From a virus, in IMG/VR virus record IMGVR_UViG_3300032770_000009, positions 32,001 through 96,000 of that record: a DNA stretch of 64,000 nt; one strand, 5' to 3'. Position 1 is the stretch's first letter, and every line of letters begins with the position of its first letter. The position numbers and the translations under genes are program-made. The notes beneath the pieces are model-generated. The model saw nothing but the letters and a program-made list of their open reading frames with translations, had not been told where the DNA came from and did no database searches. Shown one piece after another: positions 36,417 through 47,332 of the stretch.

Positions 36417-37530
36417 TTAACTACCTCCCCTTTGAAATCTTAACTCCGTAGGCCCAGTAAGAGATTTCCGGAGTGAAAGGCTCATGGCATCTGTCACACA
36501 TCCACGACAGGAATGTACCCATAGAGAAATGCCCTTTAACGCGGCAGGTAACATGCTTGTGAAAGAATCTCATTTAATTACCTCCGTAAAGATCTTCTGG
36601 GCTAACATAAGCAGGAGTTAGAATCGCTGCCATTTTGTCACGCCACGTTTCCGGCAGAACATAATGAGGATTAGCAGGAGCATTTAGAATAGCTTCTACT
36701 CTGGCTTTCCTTGCCGTTTCTTCTGCATCTTCCATCTGATTTGCCATACCTAGACCCTACCACAGCTACAGGGCAGACGCAACAGGTAGATTACCTGCTC
36801 TTATAGACAGATATCTATAAGCTAGAGGCGTGTCTTGTAATCTGTAACCTGACTGGCTCTACTGAACCTTTAGCGATTAGCACGTCATAAAGGTTACGGC
36901 CGCAATCACATTTGGATGTGAAACCGAATCCGGCAACGGTATGCATTTTACCGCAAAAGCATCTGAAAAATCCTCTGATGATCATTATTCTCCACTAAAA
37001 TAAGGAGCCAGAATCTTTTCAAGCGCATTATGCGCTTGTTCCTGAATTTCTATTGCCTGATCTTCAGTCCAAGGTATAACTATTCCATAGTTCACTGATA
37101 TTTTCAGGGCACGGTCGTTAACCGTAGTATGATAAATAGCTCCAGGAGTCTTGCATTCTTCTGATGCCTTATACCTGTCTTCCATTTCCATGTTTGTTTC
37201 CTATACAGTCGATAGTTACTTGTTTTTAATGAGATTTGAGGCAGTTACGGATGCCAGCCGTAATACTAACCGAGCCAGTGAGCAAAACTTGGGCTGATAA
37301 TTGCCCCGATAATACAGGCAACTATAATAACCAGCCAGAAAAGGCCCCAGCCGTTACGGTCTAGGTATTCCCAGATATTCACTCTGATGTCTCCATAGCG
37401 ATTGTATTAGCGTTTTCCTCTGATGCACCTTGGAATCTAGCTTCAAGGTATTTCTCTGCGCTCATGCCCTTAACGGTATTGTCGTTATAATACCGCAGTT
37501 GGTAAAGGGCGCTGGCATCTGTCCAGTACA

Positions 37531-38253
37531 CTACTCTAGTGCCCTTCTAGTTGTGCTTACCTGGTTTCTGCTGTAAAGATCAGCATTAAGTCCGTCTGAT
37601 TTACCGTCACTGTAACCGGCATAATCCGTAACCGGCCTTCTGACAAACTTGACGTGTGGGTATTTCTCCCGCATAAGTTTATCTACTTCTGAGCGCATAT
37701 CACGGAGAACTAGAGCAGTACCCGCTTGCTTGTTTTCTGCTTCTGTTTCCGCTTGCTGAGTAGCGGCTTTAAGTTGTTCGTTAATCCCAGACGCGAAACC
37801 ACCCCAGTAAGATGTCTGGTATTTCTTGCTTGTGTTTCCCTGCTTACGTCGGCGAGCAGAACCAAGCTCGCCGACCACTACAGCAGAAATATACAGCGTT
37901 TGAGTTGCTTCGATTTCATTCTCGAAACCGAAAACATCGCATTCTGCTACTCCGTCGTTTTTAGCTGCACTTTTTCCTCTACCAGTAATTACCTGGCATC
38001 CGAAAGAGCGTGCTATTACAGCCAGAAGAGTTATCTTCTGAGTAACAAACGGCGGGACGATATAGAATTGCCTGACATCGGGCGCTAGCTTAACCTGCGC
38101 TTTGAGGGAAAGCAGTTTAGCGTCGATATTGTAAGTGTGCATGATCTCTGCGGCTTTTTGCAGACACCATTCCGCTTCTGATTCCGGTGTGTCTTCCCTT
38201 TGTGCGCGGGCCAGTAGCTTTTCTACTCTGTCCGCGTGGTCAGTGACTGGCAT
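37531..38253 (-). CDS. DUF2786 domain protein
   Basis: RVEKLLARAQ..PESEA..KAAEIMHTYNID; SYWGGFASGI; GYSDGKSDGLNADL. Confidence 0.8.
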   Translation of the reverse strand: MPVTDHADRVEKLLARAQREDTPESEAEWCLQKAAEIMHTYNIDAKLLSLKAQVKLAPDVRQFYIVPPFVTQKITLLAVIARSFGCQVITGRGKSAAKNDGVAECDVFGFENEIEATQTLYISAVVVGELGSARRRKQGNTSKKYQTSYWGGFASGINEQLKAATQQAETEAENKQAGTALVLRDMRSEVDKLMREKYPHVKFVRRPVTDYAGYSDGKSDGLNADLYSRNQVSTTRRALE

Positions 38254-39321
38254 TTAATCCAACTCCACTAGCATAGTCAGCAGTTCATTTTCACGTATGA
38301 AAATAGTTTCTCCGCGCATAGCTGCCTGAGTTGTGTTAACTGCTGCTATTTCCTCTGTGCGTATTTCCGCAGATTTGGTGTTAAGGAAAGTAGCGGTGTA
38401 AAGCCTCTTCATCTAATCCTCCGTTCCACCTAAAACTTACCACCACCTACGTAGCCAAGTCAAGTCACAACTTGATAACGCAGATGATAGTAAATCTTGG
38501 TTTAACGGGTAAGACTCTCTATAAGAGTTGATGATTCTAGAGCATACATCCTAACCCTGAAACGAACATCATCACCAGCACGTGTATTTACATGAGTACC
38601 GCAAGTGACATCTAGCTTCACAATAATCTGGCCGTTTCCGTTATACTGCGAAACGATTTCCACGATTGAGTTGTCACCAGCCGTATGACTGCACCTGAAA
38701 CCGTCTCGGGTAATACGATTGCATCGCAGATTCGACGGATCGATGGTGATGTCATTTACCCTGAGAAGCATTTGTTATCCCTAAAAGTAGTTAACTTGGA
38801 TATTGTTATTGCCTACCTGATGGCCTTTTCTAGGCACGTTGACAGTAACGTCGGTAATATGCAGAGCTGTACCGTCGTACCTGCTGATTATCGATTCTTT
38901 TACAGAAGTCAGCATGCCTATATCCATCGGCTGGACATCAGCAGTTATAATGATCTGAATCTGTTCCATTTTGTTTAACCTTAACCTCTCCTATTTCGTA
39001 AACGTTCGGGTCGCGGTCTGGGAAGACGGAGATCCTAAACTCTTCGTCTTCGTTTTTAAGGATGTAAGGTGCGTTAATTCTCGGCTGCCTGAAATACTGC
39101 ACCACAGACATAGCGTGATAATCAGTCTTGCCCATGTAAACCGTGATGAAGATAATCAGTTCTTTAAGATTCAGTTTCACTCTCTGCTACTTCTACGGAT
39201 TTAACATGCAAAGCCGTGCCGTCGAACCTGTCTAGGATGGCAGACTTTACAAGTCCTTTGATTACGGGTTTGTCATGTGGAGTGACTTCCGCTGTGATCG
39301 TTATTATTATCTTTTCCACGT

Positions 39322-39399
39322 TGTCTAGTCAGGATTCGAACCTGAATTGTGGTAGCTAACCACTGAGCCATGCTGTAATTCTTTCATACAGCCCTAGAC
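39322..39399 (-). ncRNA. Atypical tRNA-like RNA in the early region
   Basis: GUCUAG/CUAGAC acceptor-like stem and UCAGG-UUCGAAU-CCUGA T-arm, with two non-canonical inner hairpins. Confidence 0.45.
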
Positions 39400-39447
39400 A
39401 CCAGGTAGTTTATTCAAAGGTAACTACTCCCCTGAAAACCCTTTAAA

Positions 39448-40029
39448 TCACTCGCTGTCGGTTACGGAATCAGTGTCTTCCGTCTGGCCGCGAGTAAGAA
39501 GAACATTGTAAACCATCTTCTTACCCTTGTTCTCTGATGTCTTCTTAGGGTCATAACCGACCGGGGAAACCGCGTGCTTAACCCAACTAGCCTTAACCGG
39601 GATTTCAGTGATGTTCTTGGCCCTAAGCCACGTGTTAACGCGGTTCTTAAGGTTAACGAAATCCTCATGCATAACCCAGGTAACATAACCGAATTCTGCA
39701 CCCGCCTCTTCACCTTCCGGCCCGGTGATCTTGGTGAGGCATTCGGTAAGGTTGTTTGCGTCACGCTCAGAAAGAGGCTTAGCCTTGCCCTTTCCAGCGC
39801 TGTTGAATGCCTTGGTAGCCTTGGTGATCGTGGCGTTCGGGTCGTATACCGTGCCAGCGAAAAGCGTCTTGATGTCGTCAGGCATATCACCGGGAACCGA
39901 AGGACCACCCGTGTTGTTCGCGTTAAGGGTTTCCTGGTCGGTGTTGTCGGTAACGATTGGCGTTTCGTTCTGCTCGGCAAGCTTGGCAGCAGAAGCAGCA
40001 GCAGCACGCTCACGGGATGCAGTGGGCAT
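39448..40029 (-). CDS. Hypothetical early protein
   Basis: ORF track; downstream of the promoter at 40175-40203. Confidence 0.6.
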   Translation of the reverse strand: MPTASRERAAAASAAKLAEQNETPIVTDNTDQETLNANNTGGPSVPGDMPDDIKTLFAGTVYDPNATITKATKAFNSAGKGKAKPLSERDANNLTECLTKITGPEGEEAGAEFGYVTWVMHEDFVNLKNRVNTWLRAKNITEIPVKASWVKHAVSPVGYDPKKTSENKGKKMVYNVLLTRGQTEDTDSVTDSE

Positions 40030-40174
40030 TTTCTTTTTCCTTTTCTTGTTTGGCCGTCTTGGCTAAAGCCTACTTGGTGTTGCCTTGTCTGTCAACTCCG
40101 GATCTTGGATCACAACGCTTGGTGCTCTACGGCTACTCAGTGGCTTGTGTCCGTGTTCCTTGCTGACAGTCGTA

Positions 40175-40228
40175 AATCTATATCCTTGCAAGCTTCCTGT
40201 CAACCGATCTAGGTCACAGGATGGTAAC
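40175..40228 (-). promoter_or_regulatory. Sigma70-type promoter with GTCAC-N6-GTAAC box
   Basis: TTGACA-N17-TAGATT; direct repeat at 40213-40228. Confidence 0.55.
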
Positions 40229-40724
40229 GACTGATATGTCCGATTTGTACTAGTTTATGCAACCATGTTTACAGCAAGAATAAACGCTGGTATTGCGAAT
40301 ACATAAAAACTAGCGAGAGCCAGTAGTATAAGTGTGTCTCTTTTCTTAAGACAAGCGAATATGAGAGCGGTTGTCATAGACGCAACCGCCAGTGAATCTA
40401 GTGCGAGTAGTACATATGGCATGATTATCCTTAAATGAATATAGCCAGCCCTAGGGCTGGCTATATTCTAGTAACCGTTGTTATGCCAGTCTTTACGCCA
40501 TATCCTTTTTTCTCTAGCACGTTGTGCTGATTTGTGTAGTTTAACGTAAATATTAGGCATACCATCATGGCTAGGGCAGCAGTACCACAGCCAACGGTGG
40601 TTTTTCATTGATGCTTTTCCCAGCATATTGGCCAAAAATTACTCCATTATGACGTGAGTAGTTTCGCATTCCTCGCAGAAATAGGTAGTTTCTTCGTCTT
40701 CCATGTTACACCTTGCCTATTGTA

Positions 40725-41300
40725 TTAGGGTTTGTCAACCCATTTCCTAGACCAGTTAGGGACCTTGCCTGTTTGTCCTGATATACGACGCTTTACGAGA
40801 TACGTTCCTACCATGTCAGCCGCTAGCTGGTCATTACTAGACAAAGTAGGATAAAGCGCACCGAAAAGATTCCACCACAAATCATCAGTGATTATAGCGC
40901 CGGTAGTAACGAATTCATGAACTCCTGGCATGTTGTCATCGAATTGAGATGCGATGGCGTGTGCTGTTCCGTCACTGATTTCGTTTCCAGCATGCTGTGC
41001 TTTACGGCAGGCTTCGTGGATCTTGTAATCGTCCGTGTAATTCTCTGACTGAATGCTGAGAACAGGAATAAGAACACGGATAAACGCAGCCTGTTCGTGA
41101 ATCGGAACATCAGGCATTTCTGTTACCTGCCGTTCCTCAGACATACCGTGATTTGATGACCACTTACGGAACCACACACTACGGTCAGAGTGTATTTCCA
41201 GTGCCCCGCCGTTAAGTGGCGTGGTGAGGTAAAATTCGTCGTCTATGGCCGCTAGGGTCATCGCTCCGTTAAGAAGAACTGAAAGCTCTGATATATCCAT
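40725..41300 (-). CDS. Hypothetical protein
   Basis: ORF track. Confidence 0.55.
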   Translation of the reverse strand: MDISELSVLLNGAMTLAAIDDEFYLTTPLNGGALEIHSDRSVWFRKWSSNHGMSEERQVTEMPDVPIHEQAAFIRVLIPVLSIQSENYTDDYKIHEACRKAQHAGNEISDGTAHAIASQFDDNMPGVHEFVTTGAIITDDLWWNLFGALYPTLSSNDQLAADMVGTYLVKRRISGQTGKVPNWSRKWVDKP

Positions 41301-42005
41301 TGCTCACCTGTAACTAAGAGTGAATAGTTCTACGGGTGTGGAATGATTCACGCATTTAACTACAAGCCAAGTAGCCGCGCCTTTACGCCTTGATGCTGAT
41401 CTCTGCTCTGTTTCTATAGCAGGATTATCACAGCAGTCATCGATAAGCGTTTGTTTAGTAGTTTGATGCAGTGGATTTTTTGTCAGACGGAGTATCATTA
41501 TTTCTCCGTTATTACGCGCGGCGTGCTGGCTTATGCAAGCAGCAAGCTTATACACCAAGCTGTAATCTTTCGAAAGATTACATGACTCTTCCGCGCTTGT
41601 GATAGTTGGATAAAAGGCTCGCGTGGTTATCCTATCGTCGCTTGCACCAGCCCGCTTAGCATAGCCGATTTTGTTCTGCTAAGGTGTTAGTTTAGAACAG
41701 CGGTGCGGTACCCATTGTGAAAATGAAACCCACATCCGAATTGTAGGACAGGATCTTGTATTCGAGAGTGAAATTGCTGATGTTAATGCTCTCCTTGGTA
41801 AGCCCGAAATCCGGGTTAAGGATAAGCTGGAGAAGCATAGTAGCGGCCTGCATTTCATCGGCACCATCCTTAAGAAGGACAGTCTGCGCTTCCACCACCG
41901 AAACTACCCCGGAAACAGTACTCACGTCTCCCGACACTACTACAACCATTGGGCGGTCAGTCATCTTTCTACCTCCTGTTTGGTGCCCGTTGGGCTCATG
42001 TCTAC

Positions 42006-42058
42006 AAGCTACACCATGGGGGAGAAGCTTGTCAAATCTTGGTGTAAAATCGGACATT
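42006..42058 (-). promoter_or_regulatory. Sigma70-type promoter with GGACA box
   Basis: TTGACA-N18-TAGCTT; AAATCGGACATT upstream. Confidence 0.55.
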
Positions 42059-42073
42059 AGGTAGTATTGCAGG

Positions 42074-42409
42074 TCAGACCATGAACGGGCGGTAAGACAA
42101 GGTGTAGAAGTCATAGCCTACGGCCTTTACTTCTTCTACAGTCAGAATCTTACCCTCTGGTGGCCTGCCCTTAAGTTTGAAGCACAAGCACACATCTTCT
42201 AGCTTGTGGCTGTACTCTATGCGGTTAACTGGCACCGTGATGCCTAGCAGTTCAGTTAGTATCTGTGCTGTGGACTCATGTCCTATAGCGGAGATGATGT
42301 CATCACTGTAGATCTCGACAAGAGTTAGCGCATCTGCTAGAGTCCTGTCTAGTAGCCAGTACCTACCTGGTACGGTTACGATGGTGGTGTTAAGTAGAAC
42401 TAGAGCCAT
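42074..42409 (-). CDS. DUF1874/YddF family protein (AcrIII-1-like cA4 ring nuclease)
   Basis: LLNT..SAIGHESTAQILTELLG..VPVNRI..LCFKLKGRPPEGKILT..E signature including the catalytic GH. Confidence 0.85.
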   Translation of the reverse strand: MALVLLNTTIVTVPGRYWLLDRTLADALTLVEIYSDDIISAIGHESTAQILTELLGITVPVNRIEYSHKLEDVCLCFKLKGRPPEGKILTVEEVKAVGYDFYTLSYRPFMV

Positions 42410-42692
42410 GTCACTCTCTTACTGGTAGGCGTAGCGGCTGAGACTGTAATCGTAGTCGCCGTATTCGTCGTAGAAATCACTAGGACCATGACTACTGGAG
42501 TTAATTCCTATATTAAATTCCGTGGTTCGGTTGTTACGCTGATGATTCACACCTTGCCTTGTTCGTCTTCTGGAGTTGAAACGCACCTTGCCGTTATAAG
42601 CGCGGTGCGGGTTTTCAGGGTCGAACTTAAAGCTTTTTGACATTAACTAGATTATCCGATCTTGAGATTTTTATTTCTCTTTTTATTATAAG

Positions 42693-42738
42693 CTCCCGCC
42701 GCTGGATTGAACCAGCGCAAATGCATTCCTTCGCGGGA
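42693..42738 (-). ncRNA. tRNA minihelix-like element (acceptor plus T-arm only)
   Basis: UCCCGC/GCGGGA and GCUGG-UUCAAU-CCAGC. Confidence 0.35.
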
Positions 42739-43221
42739 TAACCATTTACTACTTGATGCAATTGCCCTTTTCATCATGCTCATGGCCGGTAATAGTTTCC
42801 ATTAGCGTTTCTTGTGGCAAACCTAGAATCCCCGCTATAATCTCGATGATGATGGACATCTGCACACCCTGAATGATGTCTAGTGACTCCTCGTCACCAT
42901 CAAGGTTTGTTTCGTCATCGCGTGTGATATCCGAAACAGTGACCTGGAAGTCACGCAGAGACGGAGACGAAAGAAGCTCGTTAGCAACGAACTCCAGTGT
43001 GTCATTTCTAAGCACTTCATCAGGAACATTATCGTTGAAGCTACTTAGGTACGAGAGCGTAACCTTGCGCTTAGCCATTTTGCTGTACCTCCGGTCGTGT
43101 TTCGCGTACTATAATTTAATTTCTGAATTAACTTTTACGTTATTGGCTGTGGCGGGTTTTGTCCTGGTTTGTCCCGCCTTACCGTCATTTTCTCAGGGAC
43201 GGCGTTCACCAGATCTAAAAA

Positions 43222-43608
43222 TTAGATTTCCTGGTCGTCGTCAACCGGCCTGTCAGAGTTAAGCTCACGCTCCGCGCGCTCCGCACGGCTCATGGCGTCG
43301 ATTGCCTGGTAACGTGAATCCTCACCATAACGCTTAACGTAGCTAAGCGCGTCATGAAGCGGGGTAAGATTGATAACCGACAGAGACTCGTCAGCTTCAA
43401 GAGTAGTGATAAGACCACGCAGAGCATTCGCCACGGTCTTGTAGGCATCTACCTTAGCCAGGTTCTTCTGCTCGTTGTCACGGTAAGACTTGACGCTAGC
43501 CTGGCTAGTAGCAAGGCGCTCGGCTTCCTTCTTAGCCTTGCGGTCAGCAGTGAAGTCAGTGTGAGTAACAGGGGCGAAAGCGATCTTGGCAGAAGCAGTA
43601 GCAGTCAT
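43222..43608 (-). CDS. Hypothetical coiled-coil protein
   Basis: ORF track; AGGAGG RBS. Confidence 0.6.
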   Translation of the reverse strand: MTATASAKIAFAPVTHTDFTADRKAKKEAERLATSQASVKSYRDNEQKNLAKVDAYKTVANALRGLITTLEADESLSVINLTPLHDALSYVKRYGEDSRYQAIDAMSRAERAERELNSDRPVDDDQEI

Positions 43609-43805
43609 TTGTTGTTTTCCTCCTAGGAATCGGGGTTTGTTATTTGTTGCTTGTCACATGTGGCTAGTCTAGTCACTTCGGGTAACTTCTCTAGCTAGAG
43701 AGTCAGTGAGCGTTCTGTCTTTTGAACTATAAGTACAATTCCCGGCTGACTAACGGTTACTCGTTGAAGGATTCGAACCTTCCTAGTTTCTCGCTGACAG
43801 AAAGA

Positions 43806-43870
43806 ACACTACAGGGTTGACGGCCGTTTGTCAAATCCGACTTTCAGGGCAAATCGGACATTTCGGACTG
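43806..43870 (-). promoter_or_regulatory. Sigma70-type promoter with GGACA repeats
   Basis: TTGACA-N17-TAGTGT; GGCAAATCGGACATTTCGGAC upstream. Confidence 0.65.
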
Positions 43871-44375
43871 AAAATCGGTATGGCCCTGTACGGGGCAGAG
43901 AGCCAATCTAAGACAGGAAAGGGTCTAGGTCATGGAATTTGACCTAGACCCCCCTTTAAAGCCTTGTACGTGGCGCTGTGAGCCGTACAGAGCCTAATCC
44001 TGCTGATCGAAGACATACACTTCGTCTGAGTCGTCAAATTCGTAAGATTGGAGTGTACCGGGAATAACTTTGAATTCTAGCCTGTTAATAAAATTGGGAT
44101 GCTGCACCGCCTCTACACGCACTACCGGAATCGTGGTATTATAACCGTCCGACTCAGGCTGACCTAGTGACTTGTACACTACAGTGTCCTCTATATTCAG
44201 TGAAAACACAGAGTAAGGCTGGAGTTCTTCTATTCCAGTTAGTGTTACGTCGATCATTATTCCTCCTTGTGTTGTTATATTGTCTGCTGTAAAGTTAAAG
44301 CCCCTAAGTTACTTGTTTTCACTTAGGGGCCTGCGCGGTTAATGCCCAATATAGCTTAAGTAAGTTTCAGGGAGA

Positions 44376-45113
44376 TTAGTACCATCCGTTGGCTAGGTGG
44401 AACGTCCACGCTCCACATGCTGAGCCGTATGTTGGATTAACATAATCTTCTACCATCCACTTTAGCTGTGTTTCACCGTTTGTTGCCCAATCTGCGCCTG
44501 CTACAGACATTTTGGACCCAGGAAGTGCCTGGGGAATTCCGTATGCTCCTGAAGAGGGATTGGCGGCGTAAATATTCCAGCTAGATTCTGAATTGATTAT
44601 TGAATTAAGGCAGCTAAACTGCTGCTGATTACCTCCGACAAGTTCCAGCGCGTAACTTTGCAATGAGCCGTTCGCTTGTGACGTATAACTCGTTACGCTT
44701 GCTTCTGTAGCGGGTGCACTTGTCTTCGGTGCTGTATAAGGTGTTACATTTTCCACTGCGGGTAGAACTATCTTGCAGGTCATATTCTCAGATGGTATCT
44801 GCATCCTCTCGCCAGGAGAGATAGCATTAGGATTTGACCCTATCAGCTTCCTGTTGTCACAGTACATGGATTGCCATGTAAGATGGTAAACAGGAGCTAT
44901 CGTAGCCAGGCTGTCACCCTTCTTTACTACATAAGTGACTGGCATGTGCGCTGCAACTTGCTTTGATACTGCAACTGGACTGCTGTAGTAAACATGCGGT
45001 GTCACTTGCGCGCTTGCTGCCTGTGTTGGTTGTATAGCCACTAGCACTCCGACTAGGAGAGTCAGCACTAGTGTTAGTACCCGGATGAATCTCATGATTT
45101 CCTTTCCGGGCAT
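44376..45113 (-). CDS. Secreted LysM plus lytic transglycosylase (SLT-like) protein
   Basis: Signal peptide; YVVKKGDSLATIA..NPNAISPG LysM; ESSWN..NPSSGAYGIPQALP..YGSACGAW. Confidence 0.85.
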   Translation of the reverse strand: MPGKEIMRFIRVLTLVLTLLVGVLVAIQPTQAASAQVTPHVYYSSPVAVSKQVAAHMPVTYVVKKGDSLATIAPVYHLTWQSMYCDNRKLIGSNPNAISPGERMQIPSENMTCKIVLPAVENVTPYTAPKTSAPATEASVTSYTSQANGSLQSYALELVGGNQQQFSCLNSIINSESSWNIYAANPSSGAYGIPQALPGSKMSVAGADWATNGETQLKWMVEDYVNPTYGSACGAWTFHLANGWY

Positions 45114-45166
45114 CTTCCGCGAATGAGTAAGGGGGCTTTTACACCCCCTTACTCTGTAACGACAAT

Positions 45167-46686
45167 TTAGTATCTGACTGAATACGAGCCGTCTTCGGTT
45201 TCTTCACCGTCGTCGTTCCAGTCAGCATCCTCTTCGTCGTAATCTGCACCTTCATATCTTTCTTCATCAGGCAGATATGAAGTAAAATCATCGGAGCCGT
45301 TCCGTTCAATTAGGTATTCTTCAGGGTCGTAATGCACTACCCTATCGGCGTCACTAACTACAGTTAGTTCCTGCTCGATTTCCGCAAGTTCTTCTTTGGT
45401 TGGCTCTAGACCCACGAAGTCACCATCGAACTGAGACATTGCGATTGCCTGCCTTTTCATTTCGCTTCTTGTAGAACGGTGGTCGTGAATGCCTGCTGCG
45501 TTGCTACGTCTAAGTTCGGTAAGACGCCTGCCTACTTCGTTGTTATCGCGCCGCAGTGTTGGCATTTGAATCTTCCCTGAGATAATTCTATCACCGGCCC
45601 GTTACACACCATGCATACTTGGCTCGGGGTTCGGCAGTATAACCGCTGTAAGTCCGAGTGACGGGCAGGAGAAAAACGGGAAGTTACTGAGAGGATCGAC
45701 ATTTGCTGCCTTTACTTGTGGGTTAGGGTCCGGGTCATCATCATCATCATCGAATTCATCGTCGTCATCCCACTTTCCGTCATCCCATGTGATCAGGTAG
45801 ATTATGGAATGCTTGTACTTTCCATCATCGCTAGTCATATAACGGTGGATCTCGATTTCCAGTTCGTTTCCTGCATGATCTTCGCAGAACTCGAAATAAG
45901 TACCACCTAGCATAAGTGCATTCCGGTAATGATACTCGAAAGTACCTAGTGCCTGCGTTCCGTTGTATTCGACGGTGAAGGTGTGTCGCATTGCTTCTCC
46001 TTAATCGAGTTCGAATTCTTTGAATGTGTTAACTACCAGGAATTCTTCTATGTCCCAGGAATGCTCAATCATGTCATGTCTGGCACAATAAAGGGCCGCC
46101 ATGCTGCTATAGCTTTTGTGAGTGATTTCCTTCGAAACAGATGAATTCCATACCAAAAATGCTGCTATAGACCTGTTATTGCTGTATTCTTTTTGAAGTT
46201 TTTCCCTTAGCTCAGATGTTAGCACTGGCTTCGTTGCTGATGTCATGAGCAAGATCCTAGCACGCCTCCAGAGTGCCTGTCAAGTCGGACACGACGGGGC
46301 AAACAGGACATTTCAGGACATCAGGGAGATATGGGGTCAGCTTGGCATGTGCTGTCAGCGTAAACCGTTGAAAACATGATGGTGTTTGTTATCTTCGGGT
46401 TATCTGGGTAATAGTATGTCGCCTGAGTCTGATACCTTCCCGGCTTTACCTTTATGCACTGATACACAACTTCTGGCTCATTAGGCTGGTAGTTGTTGTA
46501 TCCGTAGAGTGGATAAGGTCCGTTTCCGTTGTTCATGCTGTCGTACTGGTTTTCAGCATGAGATGTGTTGTAGGCAGCATCAGATGCGGCTGTGACAACA
46601 GCGTAGGCAGTAACCGCAGTAAATGTCATCGCAGCTATGCAACTAGTAGTAACGATCATCCCACGCTGGTAACGAGTATTTTTCAT
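45167..46686 (-). other. Four hypothetical genes (45167, 45602, 46001, 46321), two very acidic and one secreted
   Basis: ORF track; promoters at 46254-46283 and 46693-46721. Confidence 0.5.
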
Positions 46687-46700
46687 GTCTCCAAACTACA

Positions 46701-47132
46701 TCACCGTTGCAGCCCTGTCAAGTCGGACAATTCGGACAAAACGGGCAGAACCGATTCGGCTTTTTCCTGATGTGGGCATACACCATTATTAAGTTGCCTA
46801 CCACAGTTACAATTAAAACACAAAATACGAAGGTCGTCAGGATAGTTATTGTCAACTATCCACTTGTATATAGATTTACCTATTTTATGCTCTCTACGTT
46901 GCACAGCACCATCGTCATTTATGTGGTCTATGGTTAGGAAGCGGTTTTCTTCCTCTCCACAGCACGCACAAAAAGCTCCGTAATGCTCTAGGACAGCGTT
47001 TCTTGTTCTTGCGGCTAATAAGCTGCGGCGCTTGTTTTCGCACTCTCTACAGCGAGAATAAGTTCCCTTAAGTTCTCCACCAGTGAAAGCTTCTAATGGT
47101 TTTATCTGTTTGCACACTCTACACAATCTCAT
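46701..47132 (-). CDS. HNH-like homing endonuclease
   Basis: CRVC..CREC Zn finger; CACCGE..FLTIDHINDDG..ILCFNCN; paralog of 51940..52344. Confidence 0.8.
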   Translation of the reverse strand: MRLCRVCKQIKPLEAFTGGELKGTYSRCRECENKRRSLLAARTRNAVLEHYGAFCACCGEEENRFLTIDHINDDGAVQRREHKIGKSIYKWIVDNNYPDDLRILCFNCNCGRQLNNGVCPHQEKAESVLPVLSELSDLTGLQR

Positions 47133-47332
47133 GTGTTACGCTTTCTACAAATTCTGGGGGAGGTAGTACACCCTCACCAAAACATGTTTCGCAATCGTAT
47201 TCTTCCCACTTGTCTAAGCCAGTACCTTTACATGAAGGGCATATTTCTTCTTCTGCGCTGTCCCATTCTTCAGTAAATTTATTTACGAGACTGGTTTCTT
47301 CATACTGGTCATTATCATAGTTGCTATTCATG

